Below, one piece after another: positions 10,412-20,675 of a stretch of 64,000 nucleotides of DNA. The position numbers and the translations under genes were made by a program. The stretch's first letter is position 1; every line of letters begins with the position of its first letter. The DNA comes from an uncultured Clostridia bacterium (GTDB lineage: Bacteria > Bacillota > Clostridia > TANB77 > CAG-508): the NCBI GenBank assembly GCA_947631145.1, contig CANRKF010000001.1, forward strand, positions 1,786-65,785, written 5' to 3'. Under the pieces are notes generated by a model. It worked only from the letters and a program-made list of their open reading frames with translations, searched no databases and had not been told where the DNA came from.

Positions 10412-10690
10412 TTATTCTTGTGTATAAGGCAATACTGCGATTTGTCTAGCTCTTTTTACTGCTAATGTAATATCTCTTTGATGAATAGCGCATGCTCCTG
10501 TTGCTCTTCTTGGAAGTATTTTTCCTTTATCATTAATGAATTTTCTTAATTGGTCTGCATTTTTATAATCTAATTTTAAGTTTTTATCTGCACATAATGG
10601 GCATACTTTTTTTCTTACTTTTCTAAATTTAGGATTATAATCTTCATCATTATTTCTAACATTTTTTTTGTTATTTTTCTTATCTGCCAT
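10412..10690 (-). CDS. rpsR: 30S ribosomal protein S18
   Basis: S18 signature [18 protein letters not shown]...[12 protein letters not shown]. Confidence 0.92.
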   Translation of the reverse strand: MADKKNNKKNVRNNDEDYNPKFRKVRKKVCPLCADKNLKLDYKNADQLRKFINDKGKILPRRATGACAIHQRDITLAVKRARQIAVLPYTQE

Positions 10691-10753
10691 TTTGTTTACC
10701 CCCTATCTTTTTTGTTTTTAAATTTCTATAGCTTAATTTACAATTTTCTTTAC

Positions 10754-11185
10754 TTAGAATGGTAAATCATCCCCTGAAGAGATTTCAAAATCTGAACCAG
10801 AGTTAGCAGTAGGCATTGTTCCAAAAGTTGCATCAAAGTTACCTGATGTACCTGCATCGCCTTCTCTTTTGCTATCTGCAAAATATGTTTCTTCTGCTAT
10901 TACCTCTGTAACATAATGTTTTTGCCCTTGATCATCGTCCCAATTTCTGGTTTGAATTCTACCAATTACTCCTACTTGTTGTCCTTTTTTGAAGTATTTG
11001 CTACAAAATTCTCCAACTTTACTCCAAGCAACAACATTTATAAAATCTGCTTGTCTTTCTTCTCCCGGCTTTACAAATCTACGATTTACAGCTAAACTAA
11101 AAGAAGCTACTAATGTGTTATTTGTTTGTGTGTATCTTACTTCTGGATCTCTTGTTAAACGACCCATTAAAATTACTTTGTTCAT
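10754..11185 (-). CDS. ssb: single-stranded DNA-binding protein
   Basis: OB-fold N-terminus (MNKVILMGRLTRDPEVRYT), a Gly/Ser-rich linker and the acidic tail DDLPF. Confidence 0.92.
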   Translation of the reverse strand: MNKVILMGRLTRDPEVRYTQTNNTLVASFSLAVNRRFVKPGEERQADFINVVAWSKVGEFCSKYFKKGQQVGVIGRIQTRNWDDDQGQKHYVTEVIAEETYFADSKREGDAGTSGNFDATFGTMPTANSGSDFEISSGDDLPF

Positions 11186-11245
11186 TTTTTTTACCTTACC
11201 TTTCTATTAATTAAGCCCCTTATTTATCTTTTTGTTAAAGCTTTT

Positions 11246-11527
11246 TTACTCTGCCTTTACAGTAATGAATTTAATTACTTCATCAATGATTCTGTAATTT
11301 CTTTCTAATTCTGCAATTAAACTTGGGTTTGCTTCAAAGTTTATTACTAAGTAGTAACCTTCTTTGTTTTTCTTAACTTCATAAGCTAACTTTTTCTTTC
11401 CAAGTTCTTCTACTTTTTCTACTTTTCCGTCATGATTGATTATTTCTGTAAATTTTTGAGATAAGTTTTTTACTTTTTCTTCTTCTACAGATGGATCAAT
11501 AATGACAACACTTTCGTATTTGTTCAT
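11246..11527 (-). CDS. rpsF: 30S ribosomal protein S6
   Basis: 93 aa (MNKYESVVII...) in the conserved rpsF-ssb-rpsR order. Confidence 0.9.
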   Translation of the reverse strand: MNKYESVVIIDPSVEEEKVKNLSQKFTEIINHDGKVEKVEELGKKKLAYEVKKNKEGYYLVINFEANPSLIAELERNYRIIDEVIKFITVKAE

Positions 11528-11651
11528 TATATTTCACCTCCTTATGGATATAAACCTGCAATTTGTTTGCAAGTAAGGAATTTTTTTCCTTTTTTAACGT
11601 TATTATTTTACCACAGTTTTGGCTAAAGTGCAAGAAGAAAATGTTGTAAAT

Positions 11652-12298
11652 TTATGATTTTATTTGTTCATATATTTTATTTTTAATAATATATTGTTTT
11701 TCATTTTTTATAACTAAAAACCATAAATATATAAGTATTAATATAAAAGCTATATTATGTATATATAAAATAACAATACTTACTATTGCAGTTAATATTA
11801 TTACTGTAATTTTTGAAATAGAATTTGTTATTCTATAGGCTTCCTGCTTTCCTTTTTGAATATTTACTATTTCTTGTAATATTCTTCCTCCGTCTAATGG
11901 ATATATTGGCAGTAAATTAAATATTGCAAGTAGTAAATTGGTATATACAATTATGGCTATGTTAGTGTAATACATAGATATTAGTAAACATATAATTGCA
12001 ATAATTAAATTTATAGCGGGGCCTGCTAAAGCTATTACTATTTTTTTTACGCATAATTCATTTCCTTTTTTTATTTTTTTATTATAGTCTTCAGTATTTA
12101 CTTTAAAGTGAATTTGAAAGCCGAATGGATTTACTTTTATATTGTTTGGTTTAAAACCAAGTGTTAAACCGAACTAATAAATGTGCTAATTCATGTATTA
12201 AAGCAAATATCATTAATACTGCATAAATTTCAATTTGTGATGTTAACCAAAATAAAAAAATAAATAAAAAAACTTTTAAGTCTATTTTTACACTCATG
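11652..12298 (-). pseudogene. M50-family (site-2 protease-like, SpoIVFB-like) metallopeptidase, frameshifted near 12140-12160
   Basis: The N-terminal frame (ATG at 12298, RBS aggaga) gives MSVKIDL...LIHELAHLLVRFNTWF* with the HExxH motif. The next frame continues NPFGFQIHF...LLPIYPLDGGRIL, which is the M50 LDG motif region. The shift falls near an A4 run. Confidence 0.65.
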
Positions 12299-12430
12299 TT
12301 TTCTCCTATTATAATATGTAACTCTTATTAATTCTTCATCATTTGTTAATATAACGTGTAATTCTTATTAATTTCTTTATCCTTAGTATTTAGCTTAACT
12401 ATTTATTTTTTACTATTATTAAGGTATTTC

Positions 12431-13513
12431 TTATGTCCAACTTAGTATTAATTCTGGATCTACTGTTCTTTCATCTCTTCTTATTTCAAAATGCAAATGC
12501 GGACCTGTTGTATTTCCTGTATTTCCAGATAAAGCTATTTTTTGTCCCTTTTTTACTTTATCTCCTTCTTTTACTAAAATTTTACTGCAATGTGCATAAA
12601 TTGTTGTTACATCCTTATTTACTATTTTTACATGTGTTCCATAATCTCCAATGTTTGATACCACTGATACGGTTCCTTCCATTGCAGCAACTACTGGCGT
12701 TCCTACTACTACTCCAATATCTATTCCTTGATGATTTTCTGATATTATTTCTGTGGGTTCTCTTTTTCCATAAGGTGATGTAATTTTTGCTTTTGCTGGT
12801 AAGGTTAAGCTAAAATTTTTTTTAATATATTCTGCGTCAATTTCCATTTGAGTTTTTTCAATAGTAGTTTTAGCTGCTACTTGTACTGTTTGTGTATTTT
12901 CTTTACTTCCACCTATTCCAGTTGCTTCTTGAGTTATGGATGCTTGTTCTCCTTCTATATTTGCATTTTCTAAATTGTTTTCTTGCTGATTACTATTTGT
13001 TTGTTCTTTTGCATTATCACCTTCCTGCTTATTTTCTTCATTATTTGCATCATTATTTTGTTGATTATTTTCTTCGTTTTTATTTTCTATTTGTTCATTT
13101 TTATTTTCGTCATTTTCAATGTTTTTGGTATTTTCCTCTTTATTTTCCGAATCTTCTCCACCGCTCCATTTAGTTAAGAAACTAAATTTATCTTTATTGT
13201 TTTGAAAGAAATCGCCTATTTGAGCAGATATTTGTGTAAAATTAAGATCTACACTTAAAAATTCTTTTGTTTTATTTAAAACATTTTCTGAAAATATGTA
13301 ATTAGTTTCTTTTATAAGAGAAAATATAAGGTAAATAAATATGCAAATTAAAATTTGTAAGATCATTTTTTTATACAGTGAAAACTGCCTATTTTCTCTT
13401 CCTTGCTTCACTTGAGAACTAGGCATTCTAACATTATTATTGTTTAATCTTCTACGGTAATAAATTTCTTCGGCTCTTCTTATTCTTTCTTCCTGAGAAA
13501 TTATTTTTTCCAC
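12431..13513 (-). CDS. membrane-anchored M23 (LytM-type) peptidase with a low-complexity N/E/K-rich linker
   Basis: C-terminal M23 motifs HQGIDIG, SGNTGNTTGPHLHFEI and YAHCS. An N-terminal TM segment is present. Adjacency to the M50 gene echoes spoIVFA-spoIVFB. Confidence 0.8.
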   Translation of the reverse strand: MEKIISQEERIRRAEEIYYRRRLNNNNVRMPSSQVKQGRENRQFSLYKKMILQILICIFIYLIFSLIKETNYIFSENVLNKTKEFLSVDLNFTQISAQIGDFFQNNKDKFSFLTKWSGGEDSENKEENTKNIENDENKNEQIENKNEENNQQNNDANNEENKQEGDNAKEQTNSNQQENNLENANIEGEQASITQEATGIGGSKENTQTVQVAAKTTIEKTQMEIDAEYIKKNFSLTLPAKAKITSPYGKREPTEIISENHQGIDIGVVVGTPVVAAMEGTVSVVSNIGDYGTHVKIVNKDVTTIYAHCSKILVKEGDKVKKGQKIALSGNTGNTTGPHLHFEIRRDERTVDPELILSWT

Positions 13514-13694
13514 AAAAATACACCTCTTCCTTTGTAGTAATGTTTTTTTAATGTATATGTTTGAAAGAGATGTTTTATTCTTTATTTATAAATTTTTATT
13601 TAAAATTTAATAGTTTAAATTGTTTTTAAATTATTTAAATAGTTTAGATTGCTTAAATTTATGATGTTTTTTTACTTATATTTCATATCTTGTT

Positions 13695-14063
13695 TTATAT
13701 TATAAACTGAATTATAGTAGCAAATATTAATGCTAGTGCTAACATATGATTTATTGTTTTTAATTTCTTATATTTCTTTTTTAAGGTTTGAATAGATTGA
13801 TTTTCTATTTTGTTTTTATTTTCTATTCTTGATATATACTCTGCTATTAGCATTTGCGCTTCTTTTATAACATAATCTTTAGAATTTTTTCCTTGCTCTA
13901 CTACTTTTTCTCCGGCTTGTTCTTTTGCCATTTTTTTAGATTTATCTATTAACTCTAATTTTTGTATTTTTTGATTTTCTTTTAACACTACAATTGCCTC
14001 TTCTACTATATTAGATGGCAAATCTTTTAAAACCACAATATTCTTTAAACTACTTGTATCCAT
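13695..14063 (-). CDS. hypothetical protein with a C-terminal membrane anchor
   Basis: 122-aa ORF with good coding bias and a C-terminal hydrophobic tail. No family recognised. Confidence 0.4.
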   Translation of the reverse strand: MDTSSLKNIVVLKDLPSNIVEEAIVVLKENQKIQKLELIDKSKKMAKEQAGEKVVEQGKNSKDYVIKEAQMLIAEYISRIENKNKIENQSIQTLKKKYKKLKTINHMLALALIFATIIQFII

Positions 14064-14350
14064 TTCTAATTTCCTCCACTTTTTTTCTATATATTAAAAT
14101 TTTTTCCAGTTTTCATTTTTTTATACAAGTAATTTTAGTTTATTTAGTAATACTTCATTTTAAATTTCATTTTTTTTCGCTTCGTTCAAATTCATAGAGA
14201 TGAAGTTTTAATTTATTTCAAACTACATATTCTCACATAACTTTTTTCTTTCTGCATTTGATGGCTTACGTTCTTATGTCAGTAGTTAATAGCTAATTTT
14301 ATAATAGAAAATACTTTTAAAGCAGTGGTTAATTTTTTGTTTTTAAAAGG

Positions 14351-14782
14351 CTAACATAAAGGCAAACAATTTATAATATTATTAGAAAAATTTTGTGCAA
14401 GTATGTCCATTTTTTCTACATTCCAATCTGGTAAATAGTTTTCTGCCGCTACTACAGTTTTTATGTTTATACTGGCAGGAAAATAGAAACCTGTTCCATA
14501 AGCATTTCCTATTTTCATTCCACCTAAATTTATAAAACTTTTTCCAATATATTCTTGTTTGCCAAAGGCAGAATCTATTAATATTATTTGATTTTTATTA
14601 GTTTTGTTCAAATAATAGCTTAGTTTTGGTGCGTTTTTCAAATGTATTGGCGAAGTCATTGTTCCATATACTTTTATATTAGGATTTTCCTTAAATATAT
14701 ATTGCAATTTTTCTCCAACTCTTGGTCCGAAAGAATCTGTTAAAATTTTATTTGTACCTATGCAAACGAATATGTTCTCCAC
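14351..14782 (-). CDS. yyaC: sporulation protein YyaC (GPR-like putative protease)
   Basis: N-terminal pattern VCIGTNKILTDSFGPRVGEKL typical of the YyaC/DUF1256 family, in an origin-proximal context with rpsF-ssb-rpsR. Confidence 0.6.
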   Translation of the reverse strand: MENIFVCIGTNKILTDSFGPRVGEKLQYIFKENPNIKVYGTMTSPIHLKNAPKLSYYLNKTNKNQIILIDSAFGKQEYIGKSFINLGGMKIGNAYGTGFYFPASINIKTVVAAENYLPDWNVEKMDILAQNFSNNIINCLPLC

Positions 14783-14930
14783 TAATTTTGCTTACCTTTT
14801 TATAATATATTTAGGTTTTTCAATTGGATTTTACCTATAAACCTTATTTGTTGTTATATAATAAATTTTTCTATATTATCTGTATTACTTTTTGTTCAAA
14901 TAAATAACTATTTTTACATTTTTATCTGTA

Positions 14931-15215
14931 TTACTTTTTATTTAAATAAATTACTATTTTTATATTTTTGTTGTTTTTATATTTTTTTATAATATCTTCT
15001 GAAAAGCCTGCCACTTCGTTTGAAATTACTATTGTGTCATATTGTTTTACTAATTTTTTCATTGTTTCATCTGTTTTTTCTAAATCAGACAAAGAAAAAA
15101 CATCAAATCCTAAAGCTTGTGGCAAACGAAAACTTTCTTTGTCTTTTTCATATTTTATCCAAGAAATTTTCATTTTTACCATTAGTCCTTTCAAGTTGAT
15201 TTTTTTCAACTTCAT
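14931..15215 (-). CDS. small protein resembling V-type ATPase subunit F (NtpG/ATP-synt_F fold), orphan
   Basis: FRLPQALGFDVF and YDTIVISNEVAGFSEDIIKKYK align with the FRLFGFDV ... YGVIYITE ... RYK pattern of V-ATPase F. The true start is probably the internal Met (MVKMKISW). Confidence 0.35.
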   Translation of the reverse strand: MKLKKINLKGLMVKMKISWIKYEKDKESFRLPQALGFDVFSLSDLEKTDETMKKLVKQYDTIVISNEVAGFSEDIIKKYKNNKNIKIVIYLNKK

Positions 15216-15451
15216 TACTAATTTTAGTTTTTGATGTTTTTTTATTTTTTATTCAATTTTATACAATTATACTTTTATTTATATATTTTTCAATAATATA
15301 TTGTTATACTTTAATAATATACTGTTATGCTTTTTTATATATTTTTCAATAATATATGTTATGCTTTCGTATTTATATATCTTTTAATATATACTATTTG
15401 GTAGTTTTATTATATATTAACATAGTTTATTTCATTTATTTTTTTATTGCT

Positions 15452-16126
15452 CTATCTTTTCATTTTTCTTAAAGTGTCCTTTACACTTTTATCAATTCTA
15501 TAAGATTCTATCATTTTTTGCAAAGTTTTATTATATGTAAAATTGTCTAAATTATTTTCATTTAAAATTTTCATTACTTTTTCAGGATATTTTATATATG
15601 CTTCTGCTATAGCCCATGCTACTGCCATTTTTACATAATAACCATCATTTTTTATTTGGTTATAAAGCTCTAATACTTTATCTATGTAATTATCTACCAA
15701 GTAATAATCCATTAACATTATTATTACAAAACGAAGTTCATATTCTTTATTAGCTTTTACATATTTTTGCAAGTAATTCCAAATTTCCTCTAAATTATTT
15801 TGTACAAATTTAAAGGTATTTATAGAACAATCACATATTGCCCAATTATCAATCATGGGTACAAATTTATCTAAATACTTTAGTTTTTCGCTTAAATTTC
15901 CTTTCATGTAGCCTATTACAAAACCATACAACATTTTTTCTTCATAAAATTCTATTTTTGTATTGTTTAAAAATTCTTCCGCATTTTCTTTTGCTATTTG
16001 TTTTGCCATTTTTCTTAGAATAGGAATACGAACTCCTATAATATTATTGATATTTGGACATAATTTACTTTGAAATTTTTGATATTCTTTATCTTGAACT
16101 TCAAATAGTTTTTCTCTTAGCTCCAT
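15452..16126 (-). CDS. DNA alkylation repair enzyme (AlkC/AlkD-like HEAT-repeat glycosylase family)
   Basis: About 224 aa, helical. Motifs IGVRIPILRKMAK and MAVAWAIAEAY are typical of PF08713. Confidence 0.6.
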   Translation of the reverse strand: MELREKLFEVQDKEYQKFQSKLCPNINNIIGVRIPILRKMAKQIAKENAEEFLNNTKIEFYEEKMLYGFVIGYMKGNLSEKLKYLDKFVPMIDNWAICDCSINTFKFVQNNLEEIWNYLQKYVKANKEYELRFVIIMLMDYYLVDNYIDKVLELYNQIKNDGYYVKMAVAWAIAEAYIKYPEKVMKILNENNLDNFTYNKTLQKMIESYRIDKSVKDTLRKMKR

Positions 16127-16285
16127 TTCTTTCTCCTAATAACTTTACTAAATATTTTAAATGCTTTATGGGAAAATGTACTTCCTATAAAGCATTTTAG
16201 TATTAATCAATTATTTGCTCATCTTTTATTTTTTACTTTGCCTTCATTTTTACTCAACTTTTATTTTGCATTCTGCTTTTATTTT

Positions 16286-16813
16286 TTAATCTGTTTTTGG
16301 TGGATTTAAAATAGCCTGTACATCTGCATCTTGCTTTAATTCTTCAGATGATATATATTCTTTAGCTCTTTTATCTTGTGAAATAGCTGCTAATACTATA
16401 TCTTTATCTTTTCTTAATCTATTACTTGCATATTTTAAAATTAACCCTTTATTTTTAACCGCTTCATATACTACTTCTTTATCGTCTCTTAATTCTTTTG
16501 ATGCATAATATAAAATCTGCCCATCTACTTTTGCCCCAGATAGCATTATTTCTTTATCATCTTTAAGTTTTTCACTTGCATAACAGGCTGTCCATCCTAC
16601 TTTTTTTACAGATTCCATTACTACTTCTTTATCGTTTTTTAAGTTATTACTTACAAATTCAAGTGCTACCGGATTTTGCCTAATTGCTGTTAATGCAATT
16701 TCTTTATTATTTCTTAATTTTTCTGATGCAAATTCTAAATTTTTTCCATTTTCATTTATCATTTTTACTACATATTCTTGATCATCTGCTTTTTCTAAAT
16801 CAAATTCTTCCAT
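16286..16813 (-). CDS. DUF4116 repeat protein
   Basis: Four to five repeats of the approximately 36-aa unit L(R/K)xDKE(I/V)(V/M)LxA(V/I)xxNxxALxYAS. Confidence 0.65.
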   Translation of the reverse strand: MEEFDLEKADDQEYVVKMINENGKNLEFASEKLRNNKEIALTAIRQNPVALEFVSNNLKNDKEVVMESVKKVGWTACYASEKLKDDKEIMLSGAKVDGQILYYASKELRDDKEVVYEAVKNKGLILKYASNRLRKDKDIVLAAISQDKRAKEYISSEELKQDADVQAILNPPKTD

Positions 16814-16894
16814 TTTTTCTTTATCCTTTTCAATATTTAGAAATTATATTTTAATTATTAGCTTATATATATATTATTTTGCTTAATACTTTTT

Positions 16895-17140
16895 GGCTTT
16901 TTTATACATATTATATTTTGTGTAATAATTTTTAGCTTTTTCATACATGTTATATTTTGCATAATAATTTTTAGCTTTTTCATACATGTTATATTTTGCA
17001 TAATAATTTTTAGCTTTTTCATACATGTTATATTTTGCATAATAATTTTTAGCTTTTTCATACACGTTATATTTTGCATAATAATTTTTAGCTTTTTCAT
17101 ACACGTTATATTTTGCATAATAAATTTTTAACTTACTCAC
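16895..17140. repeat. perfect tandem repeat, 39-bp unit x about 6 (atacatgttatattttgcataataatttttagctttttc)
   Basis: Seen directly in the sequence. The copies differ only at one or two positions (atgt/acgt). The array lies immediately 3' of the truncated nrdD. Both minus-strand frames translate it as repetitive YAKYNMYEKAKNY or MQNITCMKKLKII peptides. Confidence 0.9.
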
Positions 17141-17222
17141 ACATATATAATTTAATGCTTTCAAAAACTTTGAATAATATTTTCTAAGTCACTTATGCAT
17201 ATATATCATATTTTTTTAAATC

Positions 17223-19385
17223 TTACGAACTAATTGCTACATATCCAATTCCTTCATTTTTCATTATTTTTAATACTTTCATAAGCTCCTGCACGTTATT
17301 TTCTTTTAAAGAATTTAATGGTATATAAATAATATGACCTCCATTTGTGTATTCGTGGTAAGGTGCTTCTAACTTTATTTTATTTTCCAACGAGATTTTT
17401 GTATTTTCTGGTACAAAAAAAGAATTTGTGTAATGTTCTTTATCGGTAATTCCTTTTCTTTTACCATAAATTGCTTTATCTAATTTAACAAATTTACTTG
17501 ATAGCTTTTCTGATTCAGTAGCAAGTAAAGTAATATTTAGGTTATATTTTTTAGAATATTCATCACACTTTTGTCTCATAAATTTTACTATTTTTAGACC
17601 TAACTTTTGTACTTCCTCACTTTCTGCTTGGTTTTTACCTGTTAATGCTTTTAAGCATTCTGCTAAGCCTGTAAATCCTATTGATAAGGTTCCGTGCTTT
17701 AATACTTTTCTTAAATTATCAGCATCTTTTAGTTTTTCACTGTCTATCCATACAAATTGACCTAATAAAAATGGAAAATTTGTTATATTTTTCTTACATT
17801 GTATTTCAAATCTTTCTATTAGTTGATCTTTTACTAGATCCAATTTTTCTTCTAACTCTTCAAAAAATTCTTTTTGTCCTATTTTTTCATTAGTAGGATT
17901 TCCATGCTTAATTCCTATTCTTGGAAGGTTGATTGTAGTATATGATAAATTTCCCCTTCCTGATGTTACTATTTTATTAGTATCTACTACATTTTCTATT
18001 ACCCTAATGGTGTTTCCCATATATGCTACTTCTGTATCATAATTATCGCTTTGATAAGTTTTGTTAAATGGAACATCTAAAAAGCTAAAACGTGGTAACA
18101 TTCTTTTAACCGAAATGTTACAAGCAAGTTCAAAAAGATCATAGTTTGGATCATTTTCGTTATAGTTTATGCCTTCTTTTAGTTTAAAAATTGATATAGG
18201 AAATAGTGCTGTTTCGTGGTTTCCTAGCCCTGCCTCAATAGCTTTTAAAAGGTTTTTAATTACCATTCTTCCTTCTGGAGATATGTCTGTTCCAAAGTTT
18301 ATAGAAGAATATGGAACTTCTTCTCCTGCTTTAGAGTAAATTGTATTCAAGTTATGAATAAATGCTTCCATTGCTTGATAAGTGGCTCTATCTGTTTTTT
18401 GCATAGCCTTTTTATAGCATATTCTAAACATTCTTTTTAATTCTTCTGATTCTCTGCAGTATTTGTCAAATATGCTAATATCAAATTGAATTGTATTAAT
18501 TTTTTCTATTTCTCTTTCTATTCCATTAATAGCAATAAATTTATCAAAGTCAGTTAATTCTAGGTAATCAAATACTATTTGCTTGAAACTTTTTTTAAAA
18601 GTTTTTAAAACTCCTTGTGCCATGTAATAATCAAATGCAGGTATTCCTTGTTCTCCATGCTGATCATTTTGGTTAGATTGTATAGCTATTGCAGCTAAAA
18701 TTGCATAAGACATAATATCATTAGGTTCTCTTACGAAGCCGTAGCCTACTGTAAAACCATCTTCATATAATTTATTAAGGTTAATTTGGCAACAAGTTGT
18801 TGTACCCATTGGTAGAAAATTAAGATCATGAATATAAATATCTCCATTTTCATGTGCTTCGGAAAATTTTTTCTTTAATAAGTAGGTTTTGGCAAATTGC
18901 CTAGATATTGTACTTCCATATTGAAACATTGTACTTCTGGAAGTGCTTTTATCTTCATTATTAGCCATACTATCGCCATCATGTATAGTTTTTAAACCTA
19001 TATTTTCCAAAGCTTTTAAAAATTTGTGTTGCTTTTTTTCATCAAAAAATAGCTGTCTTGATTGTGCTCTTTTTTCACGATAGCTAGAAAAGGCTTCAAA
19101 AACATCTTGATAACCATTGTTTTTTAGCTCTTCTTCTATTAAATCTTGAATTTCTTCTATTTTTATTCTTTCGCCTTCTAATTTTTCTATTCTTGAAAGA
19201 ACTTTACTATATACTTTGTTTACATCTGTTTCATCATATTTAGTAGTAGCAGGAGCAATTTCTATAACATCTCCAAAGCCTTTTTGAATTGCAAGTGCAA
19301 TTTTTGCACCATCAAATTCTACTTTTTTGCCATCTCTTTTTACTACTGTTTTTTGTGCTACTTTTTCTGGTACTTCTATAAACAT
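17223..19385 (-). pseudogene. nrdD: anaerobic ribonucleoside-triphosphate reductase NrdD, C-terminally truncated (no Zn-ribbon or glycyl-radical domain)
   Basis: ATP-cone N-terminus (VVKRDGKKVEFDGAKIALAIQKG) and the NrdD body up to ...TNGGHIIYIPL...GIGYVAISS*, then a stop. No CxxC...CxxC or RxCGY segment follows. The likely start is the ATG at 19385, with an RBS aaaggaa. The track begins at a GTG three codons earlier. Confidence 0.6.
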
Positions 19386-19516
19386 TTTATACACATTCCT
19401 TTCCGACGCACAAAATTAACTTATTATTCTCATTTCCTATATTTTATACTATATAGCATTTGTTTGTAAAAATCAAGCGAACAAATCATTATTTTATAAT
19501 AAAGACATGAAATTTT

Positions 19517-19553
19517 CAACTGCACGATATTCTCGTGCAGTTGACTTTCTTTG
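19517..19553. terminator. hairpin caactgcacga-tattc-tcgtgcagttg, probable spo0A terminator
   Basis: Perfect 11-bp stem immediately downstream of the spo0A stop. Confidence 0.5.
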
Positions 19554-19593
19554 AAATATTAAGGTTTTATGTAGAAACTAAAATTTCTTGAGC

Positions 19594-20412
19594 TTACGCA
19601 GTTTTTAATTCTAAACGAAGCTTATCTGCAATCATTGCTATAAATTCTGAATTTGTAGGCTTTCCTTTGGCTGCTGATACTGTGTAGCCAAATATGTTTT
19701 CAACGGTTCCTTGCTCGCCTCTTCCCCATGCAACTTCTATTGCATGACGAATTGCACGTTCTACTCTTGATGGTGTAGTATGATACTTTCCTGCAATTTC
19801 TGGATAAAGCTGTTTTGTAATTTGGTTTATTACTTCTGTATCTTTAACTACCATCATAATAGCTTCTCTTAAATATTGATAACCTTTAATATGAGCTGGT
19901 ACTCCTACTTCATGTATAACATTTGTTACTAAGGCTTCTAAATTTTCTTGATTTTTCTTTTTATCTGGTGCTATGTCTATATATTGGCTTTTTATTTCTC
20001 TACTTATAAAATTATTTTTTAGTTGTGTTGGTTGATAATTTTTTAATTCTTTCATTCTCTTTATTAATACATTAATATCAAAAGGTTTTACAATATAGTA
20101 TTGAGCTCCTAAGCTGATTGCTCTTTGTGTAATTTTGTCTTGTCCAACAGCTGATAAGATGATACATAATGGCTTTTTATCTATATCTGTTTCAAACAAT
20201 TTTTCTAATACTCCTAAACCATCTAAGTGTGGCATTATAATATCTAGTAGAAGGATATCTGGCTTTAGTTCCAAAGCCATACTATATGCTTCGTTTCCGT
20301 CTTTTGCAATTCCTATAATTTCAATTTCTTCCTCCTTTTCTAAATAACTAGATAGTGTACTTGTAAAGTCATTATTGTCATCTGCTACTAATACTGTAAT
20401 TTTGTCGTTCAA
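19594..20412 (-). CDS. spo0A: stage 0 sporulation protein A (response regulator)
   Basis: REC domain ([10 protein letters not shown]...[12 protein letters not shown]) and the Spo0A-specific C-terminal domain with [19 protein letters not shown] and [18 protein letters not shown]. Confidence 0.95.
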   Translation of the reverse strand: MNDKITVLVADDNNDFTSTLSSYLEKEEEIEIIGIAKDGNEAYSMALELKPDILLLDIIMPHLDGLGVLEKLFETDIDKKPLCIILSAVGQDKITQRAISLGAQYYIVKPFDINVLIKRMKELKNYQPTQLKNNFISREIKSQYIDIAPDKKKNQENLEALVTNVIHEVGVPAHIKGYQYLREAIMMVVKDTEVINQITKQLYPEIAGKYHTTPSRVERAIRHAIEVAWGRGEQGTVENIFGYTVSAAKGKPTNSEFIAMIADKLRLELKTA

Positions 20413-20675
20413 AATTTTTTCCTCCTATTCAATAATATTTGTAAAATTTTTACATTTTTTACTTTTGAAATTATATTAAATTTATAATTAAATTGCAATA
20501 GTTTTTGGAATTTTTTTCCATTTTATTTTAAGAATATTTATTTTTCAATGTTTTTTAATTATATTTTTTATTCTTTTGCTGTACTTTATTAATATTTTTT
20601 ACCTTTTAACACTAACTTTTGACTTTTTAAAAATATTTTTAAGTTTTTTTGTTTATTACATTTTTATGTATTTTC

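Noticed and set aside
12433-13177. Plus-strand ORFs 12433..12783, 12892..13173 and 12983..13177 (Leu/Phe-rich)
   Set aside because: They are antisense to the well-supported M23 peptidase gene and are low-complexity translations of its AT-rich linker region.
16858-17164. Track ORFs 16858..17118 and 16883..17164 encoding repetitive peptides (MQNITCMKKLKII x n; YAKYNMYEKAKNY x n)
   Set aside because: These are two frames of the same perfect 39-bp minisatellite. One starts at a TTG, and both are most simply explained as translation artefacts of the tandem repeat. A genuine repeat peptide cannot be fully excluded, so the array is reported as a repeat feature instead.
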